From Fidelibacterota bacterium (GTDB lineage Bacteria > Fidelibacterota > Marinisomatia > Marinisomatales > Marinisomataceae), in assembly GCA_965212055.1 (NCBI GenBank), contig OZ243041.1:672001-736000 (forward strand): DNA of 64,000 nucleotides, read 5' to 3'. Both the position numbers and the translations under genes were made by a program. Below the pieces are notes generated by a model. It was given only the letters and a program-made list of their open reading frames with translations. It was not told the DNA's origin and made no database searches. Numbering within the stretch: position 1 is the first letter of the stretch; every line of letters begins with the position of its first letter. This document shows, piece after piece, positions 29,635 to 39,164 of this stretch.

Positions 29635-30810
29635 TTATTCAAAAAGGTCATTTAATCGATTTTTTATTATTGCTTGATTTGCCATAATACCTAATGATCT
29701 TACAGCAATATTTAACATGCTAAATCGCTTATCTTTGGTATAACCTTTATGGTATCTAAAATAAATTTGTTGTGCAATAATTGCTATTTTAAATAACCCA
29801 TATACATAATAAAAAGTAGGATTTTCAATCGTTTTTCCAGATTTCTTCTCATACATACTAAGTAATTCGTTTCGAGAAGGATTACCGTCCAAAGTAGTTG
29901 GACTTAATTGAAATATTTTAAGTTCTTCAGGATCATTTTTGTCCATCCAATATCCAAGTGTAGTTCCAAAATCCATTAGCGGATCTCCAAGCGTTGCCAT
30001 CTCCCAATCTAACACCGCAATCACTTTTGTTGAATCTTTGGGATCAAGTACCATATTATCGTATTTAAAATCATTATGAATAATAGAAGAAGAAGACTCT
30101 TTAGGTTGATTTTCATTTAACCATTTTGCAATAAAATCCATTTCCGGAATATCATCTGTCTTTGCATGATAATATCTTTTAGTCCATCCAGAAATTTGTC
30201 GTTTTACATAACCATCAATTTTTCCAAAATTCATTAACTCATTTTTATTTAAATCTACTTGATGCAATTCTACTAACGTATCGACTAATGAATCAGCAAT
30301 CCCTGACATAGTATCAGAATCAGGTGCATTCTTTTGAGAAATCCCTGGTCTCAATATATACCCTTTAACACAATCCATTACATAGAACGGAACGCCAAGA
30401 ATAGATTGATCATCAGAATAGAAATGGACATTAGGAATTTTTGAAAATTCTGTTTTTAGTTTTTTCAATATTTGGTACTCTCTAAACATATCATGTCCAC
30501 CTTTTAGGCTATCTGCCCCATAAGGAGGTCTTCTCAGTACAAGTTCATTGTCGTCTGTCTTCAGGTAATATGTTAGATTAGAAAAACCGCTTGGGAATTG
30601 TTTAATAGATAAATTATCTGCATTAAAACCTTTAGATCTTAAAAAATTACTAATTGATTCCAAAGGAAGAGTCTCACCCTCTCTGATATCTTTGGGTAAA
30701 TCCATTTCAAATGTAACATTATTATTATTTTTTAGAATCTTTGAAAATTTAAGATAGAATTTTAACCAAATTGAAATTGGTAAGTTAATTTTTGACTTCT
30801 TTCCAAACAT
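29635..30810 (-). CDS. APH-family phosphotransferase (ACAD10/11 kinase-like)
   Basis: GFSNLTY, VLRRPP, HDMFREY, HNDFKYDN, LDWEMATLGDPLMD. Alternative start at 30705. Confidence 0.9.
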   Translation of the reverse strand: MFGKKSKINLPISIWLKFYLKFSKILKNNNNVTFEMDLPKDIREGETLPLESISNFLRSKGFNADNLSIKQFPSGFSNLTYYLKTDDNELVLRRPPYGADSLKGGHDMFREYQILKKLKTEFSKIPNVHFYSDDQSILGVPFYVMDCVKGYILRPGISQKNAPDSDTMSGIADSLVDTLVELHQVDLNKNELMNFGKIDGYVKRQISGWTKRYYHAKTDDIPEMDFIAKWLNENQPKESSSSIIHNDFKYDNMVLDPKDSTKVIAVLDWEMATLGDPLMDFGTTLGYWMDKNDPEELKIFQLSPTTLDGNPSRNELLSMYEKKSGKTIENPTFYYVYGLFKIAIIAQQIYFRYHKGYTKDKRFSMLNIAVRSLGIMANQAIIKNRLNDLFE

Positions 30811-32004
30811 TTATTTAGAGTAAGATTTTAAAATCTCTCTAGCTACTCGTACTTTATGTACTTCATCTGCTCCATCATAAATTCTAGCAGCTCTCTCATG
30901 CCTATATAGAAGTGCAATAGGAGTATCATCCGTCATTCCAAGAGCTCCATGAACTTGAAGCACACGATCCAAAACATTTTGTAACACATTGGCTACATAA
31001 AATTTTATAGTAGAAATTTCTACTTTTGCAGAATCTGCACCATGTTCATCAATTTTTTTAGCTGTATCAAGAACCATTAGTCTTGAAGCATTAATTTCAG
31101 CACGAGATTCAGCAATCCAATTCTGAATAGTTTGTTTTGTTGCTAAAGGCTTATTTGGCGCAAGTTCGCGAGTTAATGCCCTGTTGCACATCATATCAAA
31201 CATACGTTCACATTCACCAACCCAACGCATGCAATGATGAATTCTTCCTGGACCTAATCTATCTTGGGCAATTTTAAATCCTTCACCTGCTTTTCCAAGT
31301 AAATTTTCTTCTGGAACAGTACAATTTTCATAGCGAATCTCAGCATGCGCATTCCAACCATCTCCTTCATCCCCCATAACAGGAATGTTTCTAATAAATT
31401 TAAATCCTTCGGTATCGGTTGGAACAATAATTTGGCTAGCACGCAGATAAGGATTAGGATTATCAGGGTCTGTAACTACCATAGCAATGGCAAAACTTGC
31501 ACCATCAGCTGAAGAAGTAAACCATTTATGTCCATTAATAACATAATTTTTCCCATCTTTTTTTGCAATTGTTCCCATCATAGTAGGATTAGAACCTGCA
31601 AACTCAGGCTCTGTCATTGAAAAACAACTCCTAGCATCTCCATTAAGAAGAGGTTGTAAAAATGTTTCTTTTTGATAATCAGATCCATGATCCATTAATA
31701 TTTCCATATTTCCAGCATCTGGTGCTTGACAATTAAAAACATACAAACCATAAAAAGAGTGACCTAATATCTCATAAATCTGACCTAATTGATATAAGCT
31801 TAACCCTAGACCACCATATTCCTTTGGAATTTGAGGAGTAAATAAACCTAAAGATCGAACTTTATCTCTTTTCTCTTCTAGATAAGGTAAATGTTCTTTG
31901 AAAGTATGTTGAACATCAAATTTTTCTTCACTAACCATCTCTTCTTTAATGAAATCTTTGATGGTTGATTTAATTTTTTGGAACTCTTTGTCTGCTATGG
32001 CCAT
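30811..32004 (-). CDS. Acyl-CoA dehydrogenase (ACAD10/11-like)
   Basis: NCQAPDAGNME, SCFSMTEP, NGHKWFTS, AQDRLGPGRIHHCMR, RIYDGADEVH. Confidence 0.93.
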   Translation of the reverse strand: MAIADKEFQKIKSTIKDFIKEEMVSEEKFDVQHTFKEHLPYLEEKRDKVRSLGLFTPQIPKEYGGLGLSLYQLGQIYEILGHSFYGLYVFNCQAPDAGNMEILMDHGSDYQKETFLQPLLNGDARSCFSMTEPEFAGSNPTMMGTIAKKDGKNYVINGHKWFTSSADGASFAIAMVVTDPDNPNPYLRASQIIVPTDTEGFKFIRNIPVMGDEGDGWNAHAEIRYENCTVPEENLLGKAGEGFKIAQDRLGPGRIHHCMRWVGECERMFDMMCNRALTRELAPNKPLATKQTIQNWIAESRAEINASRLMVLDTAKKIDEHGADSAKVEISTIKFYVANVLQNVLDRVLQVHGALGMTDDTPIALLYRHERAARIYDGADEVHKVRVAREILKSYSK

Positions 32005-32011
32005 TGTTTTC

Positions 32012-32713
32012 TTAAATATATGTTTCTAATTCCTTAGAAATGAAACTACCATTAAATGTCTTCAAAGTAAATCTTTCAGTTGTACAAGAAAACTCTGATA
32101 TTGAAGCATTCTTGATAGCAAAATTTTGCTTCTGTATATCCTGAGGACTACACTGTGTTGCCTCTCCATAGAGTGCTGATATTACTCCACCAGACGTTAC
32201 AATGAGAACATTAGAGGATTCGGGCAAAGAATTTTGTATTGTATTTAACGATTTTTTCACTCTAGACCTAAAATCTGTATATGATTCCAAATCTGTATTG
32301 GTTAAATCTAGTTCCGAATTAGCCCATTTTAATGCAATATATTGAAACATTTTAAAAAACTTTTTTTCCTGATTATCATTTTCATAATTTTTATATAAAT
32401 CAATCAGTTTGGGATCAGATTGTAGGAGTTTTGGTGCAAAATATTGAGTTACTTCCATCAAATGATTTTCAGCAAATCCATTTTCAATAGAAAAAGGAAT
32501 TTTTTCGTTAGCATTATACCCCTCTATGATTCCATCAAAAGTTTGTATATGGCGTTTGAGTGGACCAACAATTGCTTTATCAAAATTTAATTTCTGTTTT
32601 GCAAGCACTTTACCAAGCTCAACAGACTGTTTAAGGCCTAAATCGCTAAGATTATCATAGTCATCTTCGCCAAATGAAGCCTGACCATGGCGTACAAAAA
32701 ATAATGTATTAAT
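32012..32713 (-). CDS. Histidine phosphatase family protein (probable ATT start)
   Basis: FVRHGQASFG..YD.LS.LG, R..QT, VTSGG. Nearest ATG (32761) lies inside the upstream gene; ATT at 32713 follows AAGGGG. Confidence 0.82.
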   Translation of the reverse strand: MNTLFFVRHGQASFGEDDYDNLSDLGLKQSVELGKVLAKQKLNFDKAIVGPLKRHIQTFDGIIEGYNANEKIPFSIENGFAENHLMEVTQYFAPKLLQSDPKLIDLYKNYENDNQEKKFFKMFQYIALKWANSELDLTNTDLESYTDFRSRVKKSLNTIQNSLPESSNVLIVTSGGVISALYGEATQCSPQDIQKQNFAIKNASISEFSCTTERFTLKTFNGSFISKELETYI

Positions 32714-32724
32714 TTTTTTCCCCT

Positions 32725-33192
32725 TTATTCGAAAATAAGAAAAACTAATTCTGCAACACATGCAGGTTTTTCACTATTTTCTAATTCAAAAGTCAAGGAT
32801 ACAATTAAACGTGCACCTTGTCCTCTCTGGTTATCTATCTTTTCAAAATTTTTTAAAACTGTCCTTCCTCTCACTTTGCTGTTTGCTGGAACAGGAGCAG
32901 TAAAACGTACATGGTTCAGTCCATAATTAATACCCATTTTTGCTGATTTAACGGCATAAGTATCCTCTAACATTCTTGGAGCTAATGATAAAACAAGAAA
33001 TCCGTGTGCTATCGTCGTTTTGAAAGGAGATAAAAGCTTTGCTTTTATAGGCTCGGTATGAATCCATTGAAGATCTCCAGTCACTTCTGCAAACTCATTA
33101 ATTTGTTTTTGAGTAATCTTTTGCCATTCAGTAACACCAAGTTCTTGACCTACGCTGGCTTCTAATTCACTAATATTTTTAAACACTTTCAT
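32725..33192 (-). CDS. MaoC family dehydratase
   Basis: FAEVTGDLQWIH, TIAHGFLVLSL, NYGLNHVRF.APV. Confidence 0.92.
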   Translation of the reverse strand: MKVFKNISELEASVGQELGVTEWQKITQKQINEFAEVTGDLQWIHTEPIKAKLLSPFKTTIAHGFLVLSLAPRMLEDTYAVKSAKMGINYGLNHVRFTAPVPANSKVRGRTVLKNFEKIDNQRGQGARLIVSLTFELENSEKPACVAELVFLIFE

Positions 33193-33201
33193 ACGTGAAA
33201 A

Positions 33202-34563
33202 TTAAGAGTTCGAAGTGTCTCCTACAATATGAAATTTTTTAAAATAATACTGGAGAAATAAGAATGAAATTCCCGTTGCTATTACAATTGCTAATACCTG
33301 GGCATACCATACCCAAATAATAGGTTTTCCTATTTGTTCGAAATATAGAGCAAGCGGAGCAGTAATCATTAAAACTCTAATCGTAGTTACCACCAATAAA
33401 GGCATTCCTTCACCAAATGCTTGACAAATTCTAGCACATATTACGCTGACTGCAACTGCTGGATATACCAGTACAATTATTTGTAGATAAGTAATTCCAA
33501 CTTCCAAGACTGTTGGATTTGTTGTAAAAACTGGTAAAATCATTTCTGCAGACAAATAGAGAATCACTACGTTTACTATAGTAATTATAACTGCTCTTGA
33601 AATTCCATATTTTACTATCCATACTAGTTTAGAGAATTCCTTGGCACCAAAAAACATACCTACAATTGTCGTTAGTGCAATTGCAATCCCCAAACAAGGC
33701 ATAAATAATAACATATCTATTCGAGAGACAATTTGATATGCTGCTACTTCTTCAGGACCATAATTAATCAAGATTTTATTAAGTACAGCTTGTCCAAAAG
33801 AAATAATTAACATCGACAATGAGGATGGAATTCCTACCTTAAATATCATATTTAGTATATTAGGCGTATAACGAAAATGACTAAAATTGAATGAAATGAA
33901 TGTTTTTTTCATGACAAAGATAACCATGAAATACATCGCCAACATTATCACCTGACTTAAGACAGTTGCAATTGCTGCACCATCAACGCCATAATCAAGC
34001 AAAAAGATAAAAATAGGGTCCAATATAACATTTGATATTGTTCCAACTAAACCAATAATCATTGGAATTTTTGTTTCCCCTTCTCCAGCAAGAATAGCTC
34101 TAAAAAACAATGAAAATACTACCCCACCTATTCCAAAAGTCAATATCTTTAAATACGAATGGGCAGTATCAAGAATATAGTCATATGCACCTAACAATAT
34201 TAGTAGATCTCTTCCAAAATAGACCCCTAGTATAGTTAATAATACGCTAATAGCAATTCCTAATAAAATAGCATGTTCAGCACAATTATCTGCATTTTTT
34301 TTGTCTTTTTTACCGATATATTGCGCGATAGATGCTGTTACACCAGCTCCCAACCCAACAGTCAATCCAATAATAATAAAAAAAAGTGGACTTACAAAAG
34401 CAACGGCAGCGACTTCATCTGCTCCCAACCAACCAATAAACATGATATCCACAACATTAAACAATGTCTGAACCATCATTCCTGCAATAATAGGAAGTGC
34501 CATGGACCATAGTGCCCGTGTAGGATTGTTAAGGAACGATTTTAGACGTGACTCTTTTTGCAT
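33202..34563 (-). CDS. MATE family efflux transporter
   Basis: FNVVDIMFIG.LG, NVILDPIFIF, GVDGAAIATV; 12-TM pattern. Confidence 0.92.
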   Translation of the reverse strand: MQKESRLKSFLNNPTRALWSMALPIIAGMMVQTLFNVVDIMFIGWLGADEVAAVAFVSPLFFIIIGLTVGLGAGVTASIAQYIGKKDKKNADNCAEHAILLGIAISVLLTILGVYFGRDLLILLGAYDYILDTAHSYLKILTFGIGGVVFSLFFRAILAGEGETKIPMIIGLVGTISNVILDPIFIFLLDYGVDGAAIATVLSQVIMLAMYFMVIFVMKKTFISFNFSHFRYTPNILNMIFKVGIPSSLSMLIISFGQAVLNKILINYGPEEVAAYQIVSRIDMLLFMPCLGIAIALTTIVGMFFGAKEFSKLVWIVKYGISRAVIITIVNVVILYLSAEMILPVFTTNPTVLEVGITYLQIIVLVYPAVAVSVICARICQAFGEGMPLLVVTTIRVLMITAPLALYFEQIGKPIIWVWYAQVLAIVIATGISFLFLQYYFKKFHIVGDTSNS

Positions 34564-34572
34564 ACAATTATC

Positions 34573-35064
34573 TTACTTAAAGAGAGATAAATACTCTTTA
34601 TAACCTTCTTTTTCCATCTCTTTAAGAGGAATAAATTTTAATGCGGCAGAATTAATACAATAACGTAGTCCTGTTGGATTAGGGCCATCATCAAATACGT
34701 GCCCTAAATGAGAATCGCTATTTTTTGCTTTTATCTCTGTTCGAGGAAGAAGTAATTCATAATCTTGTTCAAATTTTAGGTTCTTTTTGTTAATGGTTTG
34801 GTAAAAAGAAGGCCATCCTGTTTTTGAGTCATATTTGTGTTGAGATGAAAACAATGGTTCTCCTGATACAATATCAACATAAATACCAGGTTCTTTATTG
34901 TCCCAATATTCGTTATTAAATGCCGGTTCTGTCCCACATTCTTGTGTTACATAATACTGCATATCATTTAATTTTGCTTTTTTCTCTGACATTAAATTAT
35001 CTATAGTTTGAGCATATAAGACATTGAAAACAACGCTTAATAGCAAGATTCTGGTATAATTCAT
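34573..35064 (-). CDS. msrB: Peptide-methionine (R)-S-oxide reductase, exported
   Basis: Signal peptide, [32 protein letters not shown]. Confidence 0.95.
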   Translation of the reverse strand: MNYTRILLLSVVFNVLYAQTIDNLMSEKKAKLNDMQYYVTQECGTEPAFNNEYWDNKEPGIYVDIVSGEPLFSSQHKYDSKTGWPSFYQTINKKNLKFEQDYELLLPRTEIKAKNSDSHLGHVFDDGPNPTGLRYCINSAALKFIPLKEMEKEGYKEYLSLFK

Positions 35065-35162
35065 TGGATAGAACTTAATAATAAGATTCGATTTTTTATT
35101 TGGTTTTTTTACTATGCTATATTACCTTACTCAGAACTAACTAATTAGAGAGGTATAATAAT

Positions 35163-38129
35163 ATGCATAATATTAAATATATTTTAATTGCTCTCCTGTC
35201 TACTGCTATGTTAAGTGCACAGACTGTCTCTGGGACAGTAAGTGATACTGACGGTAGTGGATTAGCAGGTGCAAACGTCTCTGTTGATGGTACTGATTTA
35301 GGATCAGCATCTAACAATGACGGCTCTTATTCCGTTACAGGATTGTCAGCCGGTACATATACCGTAACTGCTTCTTATATCGGATACGAAAGTACTAGTT
35401 CAAGTGTTACTGTAGGCGACGGCCAAACTGTAACATTGAATCTCACATTAGATCAAGGCGATGTTCGCCTTAATCAAGTAGTAGTTGCAGCTTCTAGAAA
35501 GAAAGAACTTGTAGTTGATGCTCCTGCTAGTGTGGAAGTATTTTCAAGCGAAGAATTAAGCGTACGTAGTGCAAAATCGATTATTGATCATACTGAAGGT
35601 CGCGCTGGTGTAGAAACCATGAAGACTGGTATGGCATCGTCTAACGTTACGTTACGTGGTTTCAATGGTATCTTTTCTGGCGCTTTACACGTCATGGTCG
35701 ACAACCGTTGGGCTAGACCTCCAGTAATTACAGCTAATCTCTTTCAACTGATTGGTATGGAAGAAGAAGATATAGATAGAATAGAGCTTGTTCGTGGTCC
35801 TGGATCTACAATGTATGGTCCTAACACAGCACAAGGCGTAATGGCTATTTATACTAAGTCTCCATTTGATCAAAGTGGGGGTAGACTTTCAATTACTGGT
35901 GGACAGAATAACTATGCGAAAATCTCAGCAGGATATGCTGGTCAGTGGGGCAGTAAATTTGCTTATAGAGTAAGTGTAAGCCATACTGAATTCGATGAAT
36001 GGTCATATGATATTAATAATAGTGGTACACTTGGCGGATACAGTGAACCAGGAACGGTAAGACGTTGGTTAGCTACTCCTTCATATCCATTTAGAAACTA
36101 TGATACTATCTATGACGATCCAGTAGGAGGTGTTAATAATAACCCTGCTACCGAATTAGAACCAGTAAGTCTTTACACTGATGTGGTTACTACCAAAATG
36201 GAGTTTCGTCCTGACCTAAAATCTACTATCACTCTTTCTTTACGCGGCACAGAAGCTGACGCAATAGAAATGACAGGTATTGGTAGAGCTTATGGAATCG
36301 GTGCAAACTCTATGTCAGAACAGATTTCATATCAACGCCAAGATGTCCTTGGAGGCGATTTGTTTATTAATGTGTTCAATAACCATAATTCTCAAGAGGG
36401 TACTTATATTCTTGCAACGGGACAAATTATCTATGATAGATCTTCATCCCTTGCATTCCAAGTACAGCATTCTGTACCATTGGGTAATGGTCAACACTTG
36501 ACTTATGGTATCGATCATGAAGATAGAACTCCAGATACTGGTGGCAGTATCAATGGAGTATTTGAAGATTCTGATAACTATACTTCAGATGGTGTCTATG
36601 CGCAGTACGAAAACCAACTAAACGACAGTTGGAAATTGGTAGCTGCAATTAGAGGAGATGATAACACGTGGAATGATGATTTATTAGTGTCCCCAAGATT
36701 CGCAGTGGTATATAAACCAACTGCTACGGGACAAGTAAGGTTTACTTACAACAAGTCTATCGAGGTTCCAGGAAATTATCCGAAAAATCTAGATATTACT
36801 CAATATGCTAATTTCTTATCATTAGCAGGAGTACCTGATTTCTCAGGATTACTTGGATTCCAACCTGACTTTAATTTACGTGCAATGGGTGCAAGAGATG
36901 GATACAACTATCATATGGGTACGAATGGGGTAAACTCATTTCGTAGTAATTGGTCACAACATCCTTATTTAGGTGGTAATATTAACCATAATTGGGATCT
37001 TGGTGACGCAAACTTCAATGCAGTTGTATGGCCTACTCTAGCTTCATTCATTGGTGGTGGATTTTTACAAAGTCCTAGTGGTGGAGCATTGTTAGCAGGA
37101 TACGCTCAAGGCGTCGGTGCTGCTTATGCTGCTGCTACAGGTGATGTTAGTGGTGCTGCTGCCTATGGTGCAGCCGCTGCTGCTTCAGCTGCCGCTGATT
37201 TCCAAACACTAATGGGTGTAACTCCAAATATTGCTCATGTAACAGCTCAGTATGTTCCTGCAGCAGGTGCTTTCGTACCTTCTGATGGTGCAAATGCAGC
37301 TGCTATTGGCAAGAATGACCACACAACTCGTGACGTATACGAAATTGGGTATAAAGGACAAATTGGTAACGGTATGGTGTTAGGTGTTGATCTATGGACT
37401 ACTGAAGTTCATGATTACATCGGTGCCCTAACTAACATGTCTCATAGTGTAATTATGGCCGCAGATGGCGCAGACTATGTTGCAAAATTAATGACTGCAA
37501 TGTATGGAAACGCTAACCTAACAGGGTTTGTTAACTTGTTAGATAGTGCTGCTGCTGGTGGAAATGGCAACGGAATTGGTGCCGATGATCTTGCAGCTAT
37601 TGTTGCAGGTTCAGTAGGTTCGATTCCAGTTGGAAACATTTCTCCAGATCACTCACCATATGGTGCTGACATGATCTTTGGATACGGTAAAGTTACTGAA
37701 TCATTCAGACTTAGCGGTATGGATCTTTCATTCAACTGGTATCCTAGCGAAGCATGGTCTTTCTGGAGTGCAATGTCTTATATAAATAAAGATGAGATTA
37801 GTGTTCCAAATGTTGATGAAGAAGGTGTATTAAACATGAATACTCCAAAGATGAAACTTGGTGGTGGAATGCAATATTCTGGCGATGGCCATGGATATGG
37901 ACTTAGACTACGTTATCAAGATTCATATAATATGGATGGATCAGTGTATGCTGGTAAAGTCGAATCTTTCTACACTTTAGGTGTAAATGCAAGTTTCGAT
38001 ATTGATTCAGCTCCTGGTTTAAAAGTTACCTTAACAGTTGACAATATTACTGACCAAGTACACCGTGAAGCATTCCAAGGTGCTTTAATGGGTAGATGGG
38101 CTTCAGTAAGACTCGGATATGAGTTTTAA
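35163..38129 (+). CDS. TonB-dependent outer-membrane receptor with N-terminal CarboxypepD_reg-like domain
   Basis: Signal peptide, VSGTVSD..G..LAGANV, SYIGY, plug motifs LRGF and IDRIELVRGPGSTMYG, C-terminal DNITD...GR...RLGYEF ending in Phe. Confidence 0.93.
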   Translation: MHNIKYILIALLSTAMLSAQTVSGTVSDTDGSGLAGANVSVDGTDLGSASNNDGSYSVTGLSAGTYTVTASYIGYESTSSSVTVGDGQTVTLNLTLDQGDVRLNQVVVAASRKKELVVDAPASVEVFSSEELSVRSAKSIIDHTEGRAGVETMKTGMASSNVTLRGFNGIFSGALHVMVDNRWARPPVITANLFQLIGMEEEDIDRIELVRGPGSTMYGPNTAQGVMAIYTKSPFDQSGGRLSITGGQNNYAKISAGYAGQWGSKFAYRVSVSHTEFDEWSYDINNSGTLGGYSEPGTVRRWLATPSYPFRNYDTIYDDPVGGVNNNPATELEPVSLYTDVVTTKMEFRPDLKSTITLSLRGTEADAIEMTGIGRAYGIGANSMSEQISYQRQDVLGGDLFINVFNNHNSQEGTYILATGQIIYDRSSSLAFQVQHSVPLGNGQHLTYGIDHEDRTPDTGGSINGVFEDSDNYTSDGVYAQYENQLNDSWKLVAAIRGDDNTWNDDLLVSPRFAVVYKPTATGQVRFTYNKSIEVPGNYPKNLDITQYANFLSLAGVPDFSGLLGFQPDFNLRAMGARDGYNYHMGTNGVNSFRSNWSQHPYLGGNINHNWDLGDANFNAVVWPTLASFIGGGFLQSPSGGALLAGYAQGVGAAYAAATGDVSGAAAYGAAAAASAAADFQTLMGVTPNIAHVTAQYVPAAGAFVPSDGANAAAIGKNDHTTRDVYEIGYKGQIGNGMVLGVDLWTTEVHDYIGALTNMSHSVIMAADGADYVAKLMTAMYGNANLTGFVNLLDSAAAGGNGNGIGADDLAAIVAGSVGSIPVGNISPDHSPYGADMIFGYGKVTESFRLSGMDLSFNWYPSEAWSFWSAMSYINKDEISVPNVDEEGVLNMNTPKMKLGGGMQYSGDGHGYGLRLRYQDSYNMDGSVYAGKVESFYTLGVNASFDIDSAPGLKVTLTVDNITDQVHREAFQGALMGRWASVRLGYEF

Positions 38130-38148
38130 TTGTAGACGTAATTGATAT

Positions 38149-38182
38149 AAAAAAAGCCCTCATTTTTTGAGGGCTTTTTTTT
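38149..38182. terminator. Bidirectional rho-independent terminator
   Basis: A7-GCCCTCA-TTTTT-TGAGGGC-T8 between convergent genes. Confidence 0.92.
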
Positions 38183-38185
38183 ATT

Positions 38186-39151
38186 CTAATCTTTCCCGAC
38201 TTTCTGCCAGGGCAATGCTACCAGATCTACATTTCCTCCGGTAAGAAGAAGAACAACTTTCTGTCCTTTAAATCTTTCTTTGTTAGCAATTACACTCGCA
38301 AGCGTAAGAGCACACGATGGTTCTACAATAATTTTCATTTGTTCCCAAATCAATTTAGTTGTTTCAATAATTTCGTCTTCTGTTGCTAAAATAATATCGT
38401 CTACATTTTTTTGAATGATTGGAAGAGTAAATTCACCAACAATCGCCATTAATCCATCTGCAACCGATTCTCTGTGTTGCATCGGAATACGTTTATTGGC
38501 TTGAAACATAAGATAGGTATCATCTACATTTTTTGGTTCAGTACCAATGATCTGTGCTTGAGAACCAAGGCCTTTTAACGCAATCGAAATACCGCTAATA
38601 AGCCCTCCACCGCCTATAGGAACTACAATAGCATCAAAATCATCTAATTGGTCACAAATTTCAAGACCGATTGTACCCTGCCCTGCAATGACCGAATAAT
38701 TATCATATGGGTGAATAGAAATACGATTATATTTTTTTAATACTTCTTTAAATAATTCATCTCTTTCACTCATTGTATCACAAAAAATCATATTTCCATT
38801 GTAGGTGTTCACATTATGGATTTTTGCTTTAGAAACGCTTTTTGCCATCACAATATCTGCATGGACTCCCTTTAAGCTCGCAGCACATGCGATTGCTCCA
38901 CCATGATTGCCTGAAGACTGACAAGCAACTCCTTGTTTTGCTTCCTCTTCTGTTAAAGAAAAAATAGCATTGGATGCCCCTCTAATTTTGAATGAACCTG
39001 TTTTTTGGAAATTTTCACATTTAAAAAAAAGTTCCATGCCCAATAATTCATTAAAATAATCTGAGGTGATAATAGGTGTTTTTCGAACAATCGAATCTGT
39101 TAGAGACTGTGCATTTTGAATATCTTCTAGCGTAGGAGGTTGTGATAACAT
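38186..39151 (-). CDS. PLP-dependent serine/threonine dehydratase or serine racemase-like enzyme
   Basis: KCENFQKTGSFKIRGA, SSGNHG, HPYD...AGQGT, GGGGLISG, EPS, TGGN. Confidence 0.92.
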   Translation of the reverse strand: MLSQPPTLEDIQNAQSLTDSIVRKTPIITSDYFNELLGMELFFKCENFQKTGSFKIRGASNAIFSLTEEEAKQGVACQSSGNHGGAIACAASLKGVHADIVMAKSVSKAKIHNVNTYNGNMIFCDTMSERDELFKEVLKKYNRISIHPYDNYSVIAGQGTIGLEICDQLDDFDAIVVPIGGGGLISGISIALKGLGSQAQIIGTEPKNVDDTYLMFQANKRIPMQHRESVADGLMAIVGEFTLPIIQKNVDDIILATEDEIIETTKLIWEQMKIIVEPSCALTLASVIANKERFKGQKVVLLLTGGNVDLVALPWQKVGKD

Positions 39152-39164
39152 TAATTGAAGGTAA

